Positions 28,933 to 39,496 of a stretch of 64,000 nucleotides of DNA are shown here, piece by piece (position 1 is the stretch's first letter; the number at the start of each line of letters is the position of its first letter). The notes beneath the pieces were generated by a model. It was not told the origin of the DNA. It saw only the letters and a program-made list of their open reading frames with translations, and searched no databases. The stretch spans positions 77,809 to 141,808 of the forward strand of contig JAEWOE010000002.1 in the NCBI GenBank assembly GCA_023460995.1, given 5' to 3'. The stretch comes from Bacillota bacterium. Lineage in GTDB: Bacteria > Bacillota_I > Bacilli_A > RF39 > UBA660. The position numbers were made by a program, and so were the translations under genes.

Positions 28933-29523
28933 TTATTCTTCAATTAATATATCATTAGAAATATTAAATTCTATACAGTTAGAATTTAGTATTTCTTTTA
29001 TTTTAGCCAGTTTTTCATTATTTATATCAAAAGAATATTTTATGTTTTGATCATATGTTTTATCCTTGATTTGAACATCTTTTAGTGTATTATCAATTAA
29101 TTTTATTTTTTCATAATTAAAAACTATTGTAACTGTTTTACCACTTACTATCTTCTTAATTTTGGTTATTTTTATACATTCAGAAGCACTTTTTGAATAA
29201 GCTCTAACTAGACCACCAGCACCTAATTTAATTCCACCAAAATATCTAATAACAATACATAATACATAATTTAAGTTATTATTTTCTAGTACGTTAAGTA
29301 TCGGTAATCCAGCTGTACCACTAGGTTCACCATCATCACTAAATCTTTTTATATTATTTATTATATAACTATAGCAGTAGTGAGTAGCGTATTTGTATTC
29401 ATGTTTTATGCTATCTAAGTATGTATATATATCATCTTCGTTATATATTTTTTTATATACACATATAAATTTTGATTTGCTTATTATTATTTCATTTTTA
29501 ATATTTTCACTTATAGTGTACAT
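28933..29523 (-). CDS. yigZ: IMPACT/YigZ family protein (UPF0029)
   Basis: GEPSGTAGLPILNVLE and RYFGGIKLGAGGLVRAY motifs. Hairpin GAAGAA-ATTA-TTCTTC at 28926-28941 overlaps the 3' end. Confidence 0.8.
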   Translation of the reverse strand: MYTISENIKNEIIISKSKFICVYKKIYNEDDIYTYLDSIKHEYKYATHYCYSYIINNIKRFSDDGEPSGTAGLPILNVLENNNLNYVLCIVIRYFGGIKLGAGGLVRAYSKSASECIKITKIKKIVSGKTVTIVFNYEKIKLIDNTLKDVQIKDKTYDQNIKYSFDINNEKLAKIKEILNSNCIEFNISNDILIEE

Positions 29524-29600
29524 AAAATCACCTAAGTAGATTATACATTATTAATATTTGAAAAACAAATAGATATGATATAATATCCCTAGGTGATATC

Positions 29601-30215
29601 ATGAAATATGGAATAAAAGGTTATGGAGATAATGAAGTAATAAAAAGTTTTAATGAAGCAAATAATAAAATTGAAGCCCTTATGTTAGATGGTAGTATTA
29701 AAACATATCCAATAGATTCTAAAGAAGATATCAAGAATAAGCAAAGAGAACAGTCTATAGATTTTTCTTCTAATTATGAGTCTTACACACTTAGTTTAAT
29801 ATTTAGTATGATGCTTATTGTATTAACTATTATTATAATTATAATGAGAGTTAGTATTATAGCTTTCGATGTTGCTATAAAGAATTTAGGACTAATTGGT
29901 ATATCCCCATGGCTACTAGGTATGTATGCTATTGGTAATCCAATAATTAAAGTATGTAATAAGAAGTTAGTTAAAATTTATAAACCCAAAATTGAAAAAG
30001 CAGAAGAAAAAGGAAAACATGGTACATATTTAAAATATGAAAAGGAATATAAAAAAAGTGAAGTTAGTTTAAATAATATTGATAATTATTCAATAGAAGA
30101 ATTAATAGAAATTAAAGAAAAACTTTTGCAACTATCTAGTGAAATAGTAGTAGAGCAAAAAGATATAGAAAAACCAAAAGTTAAGGGATTAACTAGTAAT
30201 AACAAACTTCGCTGA
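29601..30215 (+). CDS. hypothetical membrane protein
   Basis: Two central TM helices and a KE-rich C-terminus. Start context CCCTAGGTGATATCATG duplicates that of rsmD. Confidence 0.5.
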   Translation: MKYGIKGYGDNEVIKSFNEANNKIEALMLDGSIKTYPIDSKEDIKNKQREQSIDFSSNYESYTLSLIFSMMLIVLTIIIIIMRVSIIAFDVAIKNLGLIGISPWLLGMYAIGNPIIKVCNKKLVKIYKPKIEKAEEKGKHGTYLKYEKEYKKSEVSLNNIDNYSIEELIEIKEKLLQLSSEIVVEQKDIEKPKVKGLTSNNKLR

Positions 30216-30229
30216 AAGAGGTGATTTAT

Positions 30230-31999
30230 ATGGATTATATTAAGAAGAAATTAGCACTTGTTCCAAATGAACCAGGATGCTATCAAATGAAAAATAAAGA
30301 TGGAATAATAATATATGTAGGTAAAGCTAAAAAACTTAAGAATAGATTATCTTCATATTTTAGAGGTACACATACTGGCAAAACAGCTAAACTTGTTAGT
30401 GAAATAGTCAACTTTGAATATATTGTGGTTGGTACTGAAACAGAGTCACTAGTATTAGAACTTAATTTAATTAAAAAATATGATCCAAAATATAATATAT
30501 TACTTCGTGATGACAAAACTTATCCATATATAGAATTAACTAATGAGAAAGTGCCTAAATTAGCAGTAGTTAGAAATGTTAATCGCAAGAGAAAAAATCA
30601 AACAAGATTATTTGGACCTTATCCAAATGTTACAGCGGCAAGATACACAGTTAATTTACTTAATAGAATATATCCTTTAAAAAAATGTAATACTTTTCCT
30701 AAAAAACCATGTCTATATTATCATATAGGGCAGTGTTTAGGTTACTGTGCTATTGAGATACCTAGAGAACAAATAGTAGCCATGGAAAATGAGATACTTA
30801 GTTTCTTAAGAGGCAATGATGATATTGTTATAAAGAAACTCGAAAATGAAATGTATTTAGAAAGTAGTAAAATGAATTATGAAAAAGCAAAAGAGTTAAA
30901 GGAAATGCTTGATTATATTAAAGTTACTATGGCAAGACAAAAAGTAGAAATTAATGATGTAACTGATCGTGACATTTTTGGATATTATACAAATAAAGGT
31001 TATATAAGTATAACCGTTTTATTCATTCGTGGTGGTAAAATACTTGAAAGGCATTCTAAAATAATGCCTATGATAGATGAAGTTGAAGAAGAATTTAATA
31101 GATATATAGCTAAGTTTTATGAAAAAGATATTATTATGCCAAAAGAAATTTTAGGGCCTTCTATTACAGATTCAGAATTACTTGAGAATTATTTAGAATT
31201 GCCTGTTAGAATACCTTTAAAGGGTACAAAGAAAAATTTAGTAGATATGGCAAGTGATAATGCTAAAGTTGTATTAAATGAAAAGTTTGAACTTATTAAA
31301 AGAGATGAAGATAGAACTTCAAGTGCTAATGATGAACTTAAAAAGATACTAAATTTAGATACTCTAGATCGTATTGAGTTATTTGATAATTCTAATCTAT
31401 TTGGTAGTTATAATGTTTCAGGTATGGTTGTATTTGTTGATGGTAAGCCTAGTAAAAACGATTATCGTAAATTTAAAATTAGTATTGATAAGAATGATGA
31501 CTATGGAACGATGAGGGAAGTTATTTATCGTAGATATTATAGAGTTCTCGTAGATGACTTAAAGAAACCCGATTTAATTATTGTAGATGGTGGTTTAGGA
31601 CAGATTAATATAGCTAGAAGTGTAGTTGATAGTCTAGGTCTTAATATCCCTGTAGTAGGGCTTAAAAAAGATAATAAGCATACAACTGAAAGTCTTCTTG
31701 CAAAAGATCCTATAATAGAAATTCCTATAGATAAAAAGAGTAATGTTTTCTATTATCTAGAAAGAATGCAAGATGAGGTTCATAATTTCACTATTAATTA
31801 TCATAAGCAGTTAAGAAGTAAAGGTTCACTTGAAAGTATACTTGATAGTATTGATGGTATTGGTACTAAAAGAAGAAATGAGCTATTAAAAAAATACAAA
31901 ACAATAACCAAACTTAAAGAATTAACTAAAGTGCAGTTAGAAGAAATAATTCCTTCTAAAGTTGCTGAAAATTTAATAGAATTTTTAAATAATTATTAA
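30230..31999 (+). CDS. uvrC: excinuclease ABC subunit C
   Basis: GIY-YIG N-terminus (GCYQMKNKDGIIIYVGKAKKLKNRLSSYF), UvrBC and RNaseH-like/HhH C-terminal regions. AGAGGTGA RBS. Confidence 0.95.
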   Translation: MDYIKKKLALVPNEPGCYQMKNKDGIIIYVGKAKKLKNRLSSYFRGTHTGKTAKLVSEIVNFEYIVVGTETESLVLELNLIKKYDPKYNILLRDDKTYPYIELTNEKVPKLAVVRNVNRKRKNQTRLFGPYPNVTAARYTVNLLNRIYPLKKCNTFPKKPCLYYHIGQCLGYCAIEIPREQIVAMENEILSFLRGNDDIVIKKLENEMYLESSKMNYEKAKELKEMLDYIKVTMARQKVEINDVTDRDIFGYYTNKGYISITVLFIRGGKILERHSKIMPMIDEVEEEFNRYIAKFYEKDIIMPKEILGPSITDSELLENYLELPVRIPLKGTKKNLVDMASDNAKVVLNEKFELIKRDEDRTSSANDELKKILNLDTLDRIELFDNSNLFGSYNVSGMVVFVDGKPSKNDYRKFKISIDKNDDYGTMREVIYRRYYRVLVDDLKKPDLIIVDGGLGQINIARSVVDSLGLNIPVVGLKKDNKHTTESLLAKDPIIEIPIDKKSNVFYYLERMQDEVHNFTINYHKQLRSKGSLESILDSIDGIGTKRRNELLKKYKTITKLKELTKVQLEEIIPSKVAENLIEFLNNY

Positions 32000-32028
32000 A
32001 AGAAGCAAAATGATAATGCTTCTTTTTC
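32000..32028 (+). terminator. rho-independent terminator after uvrC
   Basis: AGAAGCA-loop-TGCTTCT then TTTT. Confidence 0.6.
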
Positions 32029-32119
32029 CTTTAGAATATGTGAAAATATGAAAATTTCATTATTCGTTTGAATATAAACATTTTAAAATGGTATACTGTT
32101 TTAATTTGGAGGTGTTTTA

Positions 32120-32590
32120 ATGAAAAGAATGAAAGAAATAAGTGCTGATCAAGTATTAAGTTTACTATTTATTAGTCTTGGCAGTGATGCTTTGATAAAC
32201 TTTAAAGATATAGATAAGTTTTTTGACTTATTAAAAGAAATTAATGATAAATATAATTGTAATTGTAACTATTATTTTGGAATAAATATGCCTATGAATG
32301 GTAATTTTGATGAAACATTATTTGAGGAAATAAATAGTGGTGAAAATGAAGGTAAATTAAAATTAGTTAAAATAGATAGATCTAAAAGAAGTGAAATTAT
32401 TAAAGAAAAAATGACTAAGCATATTATATCTTTAGCAGGAAAAGATAAGGAATTTATGAAAAGTATTAAATTAGCTATGAAGATTTATAATGAACAGTAT
32501 AACCAAAACAAACCATATCTTATTAATTCACAGAAGAATAATAAAAATCCCTTTTTAGAAAAGATAAAAGGGCTAGTTAAAACTAAGTGA
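32120..32590 (+). CDS. hypothetical protein
   Basis: GGAGGTG RBS; no recognisable domain. Confidence 0.45.
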   Translation: MKRMKEISADQVLSLLFISLGSDALINFKDIDKFFDLLKEINDKYNCNCNYYFGINMPMNGNFDETLFEEINSGENEGKLKLVKIDRSKRSEIIKEKMTKHIISLAGKDKEFMKSIKLAMKIYNEQYNQNKPYLINSQKNNKNPFLEKIKGLVKTK

Positions 32591-32618
32591 ATCATGTTAT
32601 AATTAGTTAGGTGATAAT

Positions 32619-34433
32619 ATGGCAAACATAAAAGTAATGGATGAAATACTAGCAAATAAAATAGCGGCAGGAGAAGTTGTTGAAAGATGCTCTTCTGTTG
32701 TAAAAGAATTAGTAGAAAATAGTATTGATGCTGGTTCTACGGAAATATTAGTTGAACTAGAAGATGCTGGTACTAAGATGATACGTGTAGTAGATAACGG
32801 TAAAGGGATGGATCAAACAGATGCTCTTTTAGCTTTCCAAAGACATGCTACTAGTAAATTATTATCAGAAGATGATTTATATCGTATAAATACATTAGGT
32901 TTTAGAGGTGAAGCACTTCCTTCTATCGCCAGCGTTAGTGATATAATTTTAAAAACTTCTACTGGTGATGTTGGGACAATTGTTCATATTCAAGGTGGAA
33001 AATTGATAAGTAATGGTAATGGTGATGCAAGACGTGGAACTATTATGGCAGTTAATGACTTATTTTATAATACACCGGCAAGATTAAAACACTTAAAAAG
33101 TTTATATAGTGAGCTTGCTAATGTATCTGAATATATGAATAAAATTGCTTTATCTCACCCAAATATAAAATTCACATTAACTAATAATGAACAGGTCTTA
33201 TTAGGAACAGATGGTAGAGGAGACTTGCTAAAAACTATTAAAGATATATATGGTCTTGAAGTAGTTAAAAAGATGTTTCCTATTAAGGCAGAAGATGATG
33301 ATTATTTAGTAGAGGGTTATATAAGTTATCCTGAAATTAATAGATCAAGTAGAAATCATATGATTACTATAGTAAATGGTAGAGTAGTAAGAAATATGGA
33401 CATAAATAGAATTATTAATGATAGTTATCATTCCTATAAACCAGATACTAGATATCCTATTGTAGTACTTGAAATAACAGTTGATCCTTCTTTAATAGAT
33501 GTTAATATACATCCTACTAAAATGGATATTAAATTTAGTAAAATAGAAAATTTAATGGAATTAATAAGTACATCTATAAAAAATATACTTAGTAAAAAAA
33601 ATCTAATTCCTCAAATAGAAGTAGAAAAAACAAAGGAAGAAGAATTTGACTTAGATACAATAAAATATGAAAAACCAAAGTATCAAGAGATGACTTTAAA
33701 TCTTACAAGAACTCAGGAAGAGGAAGAACCATATATTCTAATTAATGAAGATTTAATTGTAAAAGATTATTCCGATAAAACAAGTACCGAAGAGAAAGAG
33801 AAGCAAAAAGAAGTAAATGAAGACCATATAGATAGACTTCCAGAAATTTATCCTGTTGGTCTTGTCCATGGAACATATATTATCTGTCAAAACGAGACAG
33901 GTATGTATATGATAGATCAACATGCTGCTAAAGAAAGAATTAATTATGAAAAATTCAAAAAAGAACTAGGTAATCCTAATTCTAATGAAATAACTATGCT
34001 TTTCCCATTAACTATTGAGTTTACTAATAATGAATTTATTATTCTAAAAGAACATTTTGATTTATTAAAGAGTATAAATATTGATATAGAAGAATTTGGT
34101 TATAACTCAGTAGTTATAAAGGCTCATCCTACATGGCTTCCAAAAGGCTATGAAGAACAAGCTCTAAGAAAGATTATTGAAGTAGTTATTACTACTGAAA
34201 AAGACTTTAATATAGAAAAATTTAATGAAAAGGCAGCAACTATGTTAAGTTGTAAAATGGCAATTAAAGCTAATATGAATTTAACTATGTTAGAAATGGA
34301 AAAACTAATTAATGATTTAAGAAAATGTGATAATCCATTTAACTGTCCTCATGGTAGGCCAACGACTATTTTCTATACCAACTATGATTTAGAGAAGTTA
34401 TTTAAGCGTAGTGGTTTTGAATTACTAGATTAA
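32619..34433 (+). CDS. mutL: DNA mismatch repair protein MutL
   Basis: GHKL ATPase N-terminus (IAAGEVVERCSSVVKELVENSIDAG, NGKGM), C-terminal dimerisation domain with NCPHGRP motif. Confidence 0.95.
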   Translation: MANIKVMDEILANKIAAGEVVERCSSVVKELVENSIDAGSTEILVELEDAGTKMIRVVDNGKGMDQTDALLAFQRHATSKLLSEDDLYRINTLGFRGEALPSIASVSDIILKTSTGDVGTIVHIQGGKLISNGNGDARRGTIMAVNDLFYNTPARLKHLKSLYSELANVSEYMNKIALSHPNIKFTLTNNEQVLLGTDGRGDLLKTIKDIYGLEVVKKMFPIKAEDDDYLVEGYISYPEINRSSRNHMITIVNGRVVRNMDINRIINDSYHSYKPDTRYPIVVLEITVDPSLIDVNIHPTKMDIKFSKIENLMELISTSIKNILSKKNLIPQIEVEKTKEEEFDLDTIKYEKPKYQEMTLNLTRTQEEEEPYILINEDLIVKDYSDKTSTEEKEKQKEVNEDHIDRLPEIYPVGLVHGTYIICQNETGMYMIDQHAAKERINYEKFKKELGNPNSNEITMLFPLTIEFTNNEFIILKEHFDLLKSINIDIEEFGYNSVVIKAHPTWLPKGYEEQALRKIIEVVITTEKDFNIEKFNEKAATMLSCKMAIKANMNLTMLEMEKLINDLRKCDNPFNCPHGRPTTIFYTNYDLEKLFKRSGFELLD

Positions 34434-34445
34434 AATAATTAGAGA

Positions 34446-34478
34446 AAAGAGAATACTTTATTTGTATTCTCTTTTTGT
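34446..34478. terminator. bidirectional terminator between mutL and convergent lipoprotein gene
   Basis: AAAGAGAATAC-loop-GTATTCTCTTT with flanking A and T runs. Confidence 0.6.
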
Positions 34479-35104
34479 TATTTATATTTATCTTTAAACT
34501 CTTTCTGTAATACTTTACAATCTATCAAACCACATTCATTTGTTGTATGTTTTTCAGTACAATTAGTATTATGTATTAGATAAGCAAGTACTAAATATGT
34601 ATCTTGTAAACTTTCTTGTTCATTTAATGTAGATACTAAATTACCAAAATTTAATAACCATTCATCTTCATCCATACTTCTTGGTAATAATTGTTCAACT
34701 ATCATGTTATTTAGCTCTTTCAAAAATACTTCTTTATTAATGCTAGAATTTAATAATTTTTGATAAGCATATGATGCTACAAATAATTCTTCATCTGTTA
34801 CAGCGTCGTCTGTAGCGTTTATTCTATCCATATTATCTAACATATATTCGGTTGTATTTTCAACAACAGCTTCTTTATCATCTAAACTATTAAGTAATTT
34901 ATCACAATTACTTTCAGTAACAGGTGTTACCTCATTACTAATTATGCTTGTGTTACCAGAAGATGCTACAGATGCCTTTACAACAATACTAATATCCTTA
35001 TTATTACATATAGTGCATCCTGTAAATGTAGCACTTGTGATAACGATTAAACCAGTAGCTATAATTCTTTTAATAACTGTATTATTAATTGTTTTTACTT
35101 TCAT
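34478..35104 (-). CDS. hypothetical lipoprotein
   Basis: Signal peptide with lipobox FTGC. Confidence 0.55.
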   Translation of the reverse strand: MKVKTINNTVIKRIIATGLIVITSATFTGCTICNNKDISIVVKASVASSGNTSIISNEVTPVTESNCDKLLNSLDDKEAVVENTTEYMLDNMDRINATDDAVTDEELFVASYAYQKLLNSSINKEVFLKELNNMIVEQLLPRSMDEDEWLLNFGNLVSTLNEQESLQDTYLVLAYLIHNTNCTEKHTTNECGLIDCKVLQKEFKDKYK

Positions 35105-35242
35105 TTTTCTCCTCTTATCTGTACAACTTGCTATATTATATATTTACTAATATAAATTGTCAATTTGATAATTATTTATTATTTTATGATTAATCGACAA
35201 TTTTTTTAAAACTAGTATGAAATAATGTTAATAGGTGATTTT

Positions 35243-35704
35243 ATGAAAAAATACTTATTTCCAATTATTTCTTCGCTAGTAATAGGATATATTTTAGCGA
35301 ATTTGCTTTTTAAACAATATCAATATGATAAAAATATTAAAACTGTATTTAATAATGGAGTTACAATTTATTTTTTACAACAAGGTGTTTATTCATCGAT
35401 TGATAGTATGAAAGAAAATATGGGGAGCTTTAATTACTATATTTATAGTTTTGAAAATGATAAGTACTATGCTTATATAGGTATCACAAAAAGCAAGGAT
35501 AACTTAACTAAATTAAAAGGATATTATGAAAGTAAAGGATATACTATTTATGTGAAAGAAGTAAGTGTTAATAATAATTCATTTATTACTATATTAGAGC
35601 AATATGATAATCTACTAGCTACTACTGATAATGAAGACACTATAAACGCTATTATGATGCAGGCTTTAGCTAAATATGAGGAGCTGATTACAAATGCCAG
35701 TTAA
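35243..35704 (+). CDS. membrane-anchored protein with SPOR-like domain
   Basis: N-terminal TM helix. C-terminal YFLQQGVYSS...YAYIGITKSKDNLTKLKGYYESKGYTIYVKEV resembles SPOR repeat. Confidence 0.45.
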   Translation: MKKYLFPIISSLVIGYILANLLFKQYQYDKNIKTVFNNGVTIYFLQQGVYSSIDSMKENMGSFNYYIYSFENDKYYAYIGITKSKDNLTKLKGYYESKGYTIYVKEVSVNNNSFITILEQYDNLLATTDNEDTINAIMMQALAKYEELITNAS

Positions 35705-36377
35705 GATAAAAGATTTACCTATTTTAGAGCGCCCTAGAGAAAGATTGATGATTAATGGGGTAAATAATTTATCTAACGAAGAATTGCTCGCTATTATCCT
35801 TAAAACAGGAAGTAGAGGAGAATCATCAAAGATAATTGCTTCTAATATTTTGTCATATATAAAGAATATAAATAGTTTAAGAAATATTACTATAAAAGAG
35901 TTAACTACTATAAAGGGTATTGGGAAAGCAAAAGCTTGTGATATTCAAGCAGCCATAGAACTAGGTAAACGTATATATAGTAGTAATATTGTACTTAATA
36001 ATATCAAATTTAATAGTCCAGATATAATATTTGAATATTATAAAGAAAAACTTCAAGATAAGAAACAAGAGTGTTTTTACGCAGTATATTTAGATGCTTC
36101 AAAAAAGGTTATTGAGGATAAACTACTTTTTATTGGAACCGTTAATCAAAGTATTGTCCATCCAAGAAATATATTTAAAGAAGCATGTATCTTAGATGCA
36201 TCATGTATAATTTGTGTTCATAATCATCCTAGCAACAATGTTGTTCCTAGTAAAGAAGATATTAATTTAACTAATAACTTAATAGAGATAGGTAAAATAT
36301 TTGGTATTCCTATAATTGATCACATAATAGTTGGACCAACTAAGTATTATAGTTTTTTTGAAAATGGTGATATATAA
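35694..36377 (+). CDS. radC: RadC-like JAB-domain protein (UPF0758)
   Basis: LPILERPRERL, HhH region, HNHPS JAMM-like motif. Confidence 0.85.
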   Translation: MPVKIKDLPILERPRERLMINGVNNLSNEELLAIILKTGSRGESSKIIASNILSYIKNINSLRNITIKELTTIKGIGKAKACDIQAAIELGKRIYSSNIVLNNIKFNSPDIIFEYYKEKLQDKKQECFYAVYLDASKKVIEDKLLFIGTVNQSIVHPRNIFKEACILDASCIICVHNHPSNNVVPSKEDINLTNNLIEIGKIFGIPIIDHIIVGPTKYYSFFENGDI

Positions 36378-37117
36378 TGAAGCAAAAAATATTGATTTTT
36401 ATTCTTGGAATTATTTTACTTATATGTTTTAATTATTTTATAAATAGGACAACATCATTAGAAGGATTATCAAAAGATATAAGTTATAAAGTTACTAGAT
36501 TATTTAGTAACACTAAAGAAATAAATTTATCTAAGGATATGCTTGTAAGTAAAAATATAGCTTTAGAAAAAGAATTAGTGGAGTTGAAAAATTTATTAAA
36601 ACTAAATGAAATAACTGCGACTTACAATATAATAAACGCTACTGTAATAAATAGAAATATGAAAGAGTTTTATGATATAGTTGTTATTGATAAGGGCTAC
36701 AATGATGGTGTTGATATAGGCTATGCTGTTGTTACTAATGAAGGATTAATAGGTAAAGTAATAAAGCTAGGTAAAGAAACTAGTACAATTAAACTACTTA
36801 CTAGTAGTGATTTATATAATATGCTTTCTGTTAATATTCATACTAGTAATGGTGATATTTATGGAATACTATCTGATTATGATGAACAAACCAATTCTTT
36901 TATCATTGAAGGAATAGATGAATTAACAAAAATAGAAGTAGGTGATGTTGTTTCAACAACAGGACTTGAAAATAACTATCCTAATGGAATTAATATAGGA
37001 AAAGTAGTTAGAATAAGCAAAGATAATTTTGATTTAGCATATATTCTTAAAGTAGAATCATACATAGATTTTAATAATTTTCATTATGTGGCGGTATTAA
37101 ATAGAAATGATTCTTAG
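36377..37117 (+). CDS. mreC: rod shape-determining protein MreC
   Basis: N-terminal TM, coiled coil, C-terminal GxxS-rich beta domain (GLIGKVIKLGKETSTIKLLT). No mreB between radC and mreC. Confidence 0.8.
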   Translation: MKQKILIFILGIILLICFNYFINRTTSLEGLSKDISYKVTRLFSNTKEINLSKDMLVSKNIALEKELVELKNLLKLNEITATYNIINATVINRNMKEFYDIVVIDKGYNDGVDIGYAVVTNEGLIGKVIKLGKETSTIKLLTSSDLYNMLSVNIHTSNGDIYGILSDYDEQTNSFIIEGIDELTKIEVGDVVSTTGLENNYPNGINIGKVVRISKDNFDLAYILKVESYIDFNNFHYVAVLNRNDS

Positions 37118-37520
37118 TTTACCTTTTTTTCTACTTGATTTAATATTAGGAATATATATAAATAGTTATTTTAATTTATCTTTGTTAATATGTATTAGTT
37201 ACTATACTAGGTATAAATATAAAAGAAATATACCATATGTAATACTATTAGGTTTTATATATGATCTTGTTTTTTCTGGAGTACTATTTTTAAATACATT
37301 TATTTATTTGATTATATATATTGTAACTAATAAAATTAAAGAGATAAATATTTACTTGGTTTATTTAATAAATATGCTTATATATGTTGTTTTAAATTAT
37401 TTACTTTTATATATATATACAAATACTTATATAAATTTTCTATTTATATTTAAAATAATAATCTTTAATGTAATAGTTTTTTATATATCAAACTGGTTAT
37501 ATATGAAATTGACAAAATAA
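37107..37520 (+). CDS. mreD: rod shape-determining protein MreD
   Basis: Small polytopic membrane protein overlapping mreC, in canonical position. Confidence 0.6.
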   Translation: MILSLPFFLLDLILGIYINSYFNLSLLICISYYTRYKYKRNIPYVILLGFIYDLVFSGVLFLNTFIYLIIYIVTNKIKEINIYLVYLINMLIYVVLNYLLLYIYTNTYINFLFIFKIIIFNVIVFYISNWLYMKLTK

Positions 37521-37563
37521 TATAAAAATGTTAGTATATACCTCATTCAAAGGGGGAATATAC

Positions 37564-38022
37564 ATGAAAGATATTAAAGGAACTATTAAATTTTATAATA
37601 AAAATGTAATTAAAAAATGTTTAGGTACAGGTGCTTTAATTTTAGTAGCTGATGTTAGTCCGCTTAAATCAATAACAATTATTAGTTCAATTGGTGCTGG
37701 TTTTATGATTGCAAACATTGCTTCTAAATTAAAAGAAATAAAAGAAAATAATGATCCTTCTCTATCAAAAAAAAATAAAAGAAGCATTATTATTGAAAAA
37801 TTAAAAGAATTAAAAGCAGAACTTGTTACTGAAATAGAAAAAGAGAAAAGTTCAAAAAAGAAAGTTGAAACTTCAACTAAAAAAGAAATTAGTACAAAAA
37901 AAGAATTAAGTATTAGTAACTATGCTCATTTAGATAATAAACCTAAAGAGACAGTAGTTATTCCGGTTACTTCTGATCTTCTTGGCGATTATATCGCAAG
38001 GCAAAATACACTTAAAAAGTAG
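37564..38022 (+). CDS. hypothetical membrane protein
   Basis: AAGGGGG RBS then ATG 37564; one TM region, K-rich tail. Confidence 0.45.
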   Translation: MKDIKGTIKFYNKNVIKKCLGTGALILVADVSPLKSITIISSIGAGFMIANIASKLKEIKENNDPSLSKKNKRSIIIEKLKELKAELVTEIEKEKSSKKKVETSTKKEISTKKELSISNYAHLDNKPKETVVIPVTSDLLGDYIARQNTLKK

Positions 38023-38065
38023 TATAATTACTACTTTTTTTCATATATTTTAATAGGTGATATGA

Positions 38066-38671
38066 GTGAGCGAATTAGAGAGGATACGTAGGAAAAAGAA
38101 ATCAAGACAAAGTTATACAAATGTGACACCCAAAAAAGGTTGCAAGTATTTTATGTTTTTGACAAAAATTCTTTTAGTTATAATAATAACTTTAATACTT
38201 ATGATTTTAATGAAATGTAATAAATCTTTTAAAGAAAAATTTTATGTTGAGGTATTTGAAAAGAACTTCTCTTTTGCAAGCGTAAATAACTTATATCAAA
38301 AGTATTTAGGATCATTTTTGCCATTTGATGGAATTGCGGATACTGACACCGTTTTTAATGAAAAGTTAACCTATACTGAGGTTAATAAATATTTAGATGG
38401 AGCGAAACTTACTGTAAAAGATTCATATTTAGTACCTTCAGTTCAAAGTGGTTTAGTTGTATATATAGGCGAAAAAGAAGGATACGGTAATACTGTCACT
38501 ATTCAAGGTGTTGATGGAATAGATATATGGTATGGTAATATTGAAAATGTTTCAGTTGAACTATATGATTATGTTGACTTAGGTACATTAATAGGTAATA
38601 CTATAGATACGAATTTATATTTAGTGTATAAAAAAGAAGGAAAAGTGCTTAATTATGAAGATTATCTCTAA
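38066..38671 (+). CDS. SpoIVFA-like membrane protein with degenerate M23/LytM domain
   Basis: Basic N-terminus, TM helix, C-terminal SGLVVYIGEKEGYGNTVTIQGVDGIDIWYGNI LytM-like fold. Directly upstream of an S2P protease gene, as with B. subtilis spoIVFA-spoIVFB. Start uncertain (an alternative ATG at 38153). Confidence 0.5.
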   Translation: MSELERIRRKKKSRQSYTNVTPKKGCKYFMFLTKILLVIIITLILMILMKCNKSFKEKFYVEVFEKNFSFASVNNLYQKYLGSFLPFDGIADTDTVFNEKLTYTEVNKYLDGAKLTVKDSYLVPSVQSGLVVYIGEKEGYGNTVTIQGVDGIDIWYGNIENVSVELYDYVDLGTLIGNTIDTNLYLVYKKEGKVLNYEDYL

Positions 38672-39392
38672 GATTAAGATTCATTTCTTTTTTTATGTAG
38701 TTTTATTTCTTTCAATATTAACTGGTCACTTTAAAACTTTTTTTGCTATGACAATAATAACCATATTCCATGAATTAGGTCATATTATAACAAGCCTTAT
38801 TTTTAAATGGAACATAGATAAAGTAGTAGTTATGCCAATAAGTTTATTAACTATATACAATGTTAAAATTAATACAAAAAAGTATCAAGAATTAATAGTT
38901 ACAATAATGGGGCCAATAGCTCAAATATTTCTTTTTTTCGTTATAAATGATGAAGAAATACTTAGATATAACTTAATGTTGCTTTTATTTAATTTACTTC
39001 CTATATACCCCTTAGATGGTTCAAAAATATTTAAAATAGTATTATATGATTACCTTCCTTTTAAATATGTTGAGAGTATAAATATCTATGTTTCTGTTAT
39101 TACAATAATTTTATTATTATTTGTATCCAAATGGAATTTGATAATTATATTTGTATGTGTACTATTTGTATTTAAGGCAGTAGAGGAGTATAAAAAAAGA
39201 AAATTTATATTTAATAAGTTTTTATTTGAAAGATATTTATATAAGATTAAGTACAAGAAAAATAAAATTATAAATGGACTAAAAAAAGATGATTTTTATA
39301 AAAATTATCATCATAATTTCATTACTAAAAATAAAATAGTTACTGAGGAAGAATTTTTAAGCAAAATGTTTGACAATACAGGGGTTTTATGA
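38655..39392 (+). CDS. site-2 protease (M50 metalloprotease), SpoIVFB-like
   Basis: HELGH zinc motif in TM helix, LLPIYPLDGSKI second motif. Confidence 0.7.
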   Translation: MKIISKIKIHFFFYVVLFLSILTGHFKTFFAMTIITIFHELGHIITSLIFKWNIDKVVVMPISLLTIYNVKINTKKYQELIVTIMGPIAQIFLFFVINDEEILRYNLMLLLFNLLPIYPLDGSKIFKIVLYDYLPFKYVESINIYVSVITIILLLFVSKWNLIIIFVCVLFVFKAVEEYKKRKFIFNKFLFERYLYKIKYKKNKIINGLKKDDFYKNYHHNFITKNKIVTEEEFLSKMFDNTGVL

Positions 39393-39399
39393 TAAAATT

Positions 39400-39490
39400 T
39401 ATAACTGTGTAGAGCCTTACTCTACAACCGCGCAGAGAAGGTTTTAAGCTATATTAGCACCTTAATGGCGAGTCTTAGAGGAACGGAGGA
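39400..39490 (+). ncRNA. ribosomal protein L21 leader (cis-regulatory RNA upstream of rplU)
   Basis: Locally GC-rich structured segment (GTAGAGCCTTACTCTAC, CGCGCAGAG...) in the canonical position upstream of rplU in Firmicutes. Confidence 0.55.
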
Positions 39491-39496
39491 AAAAAA

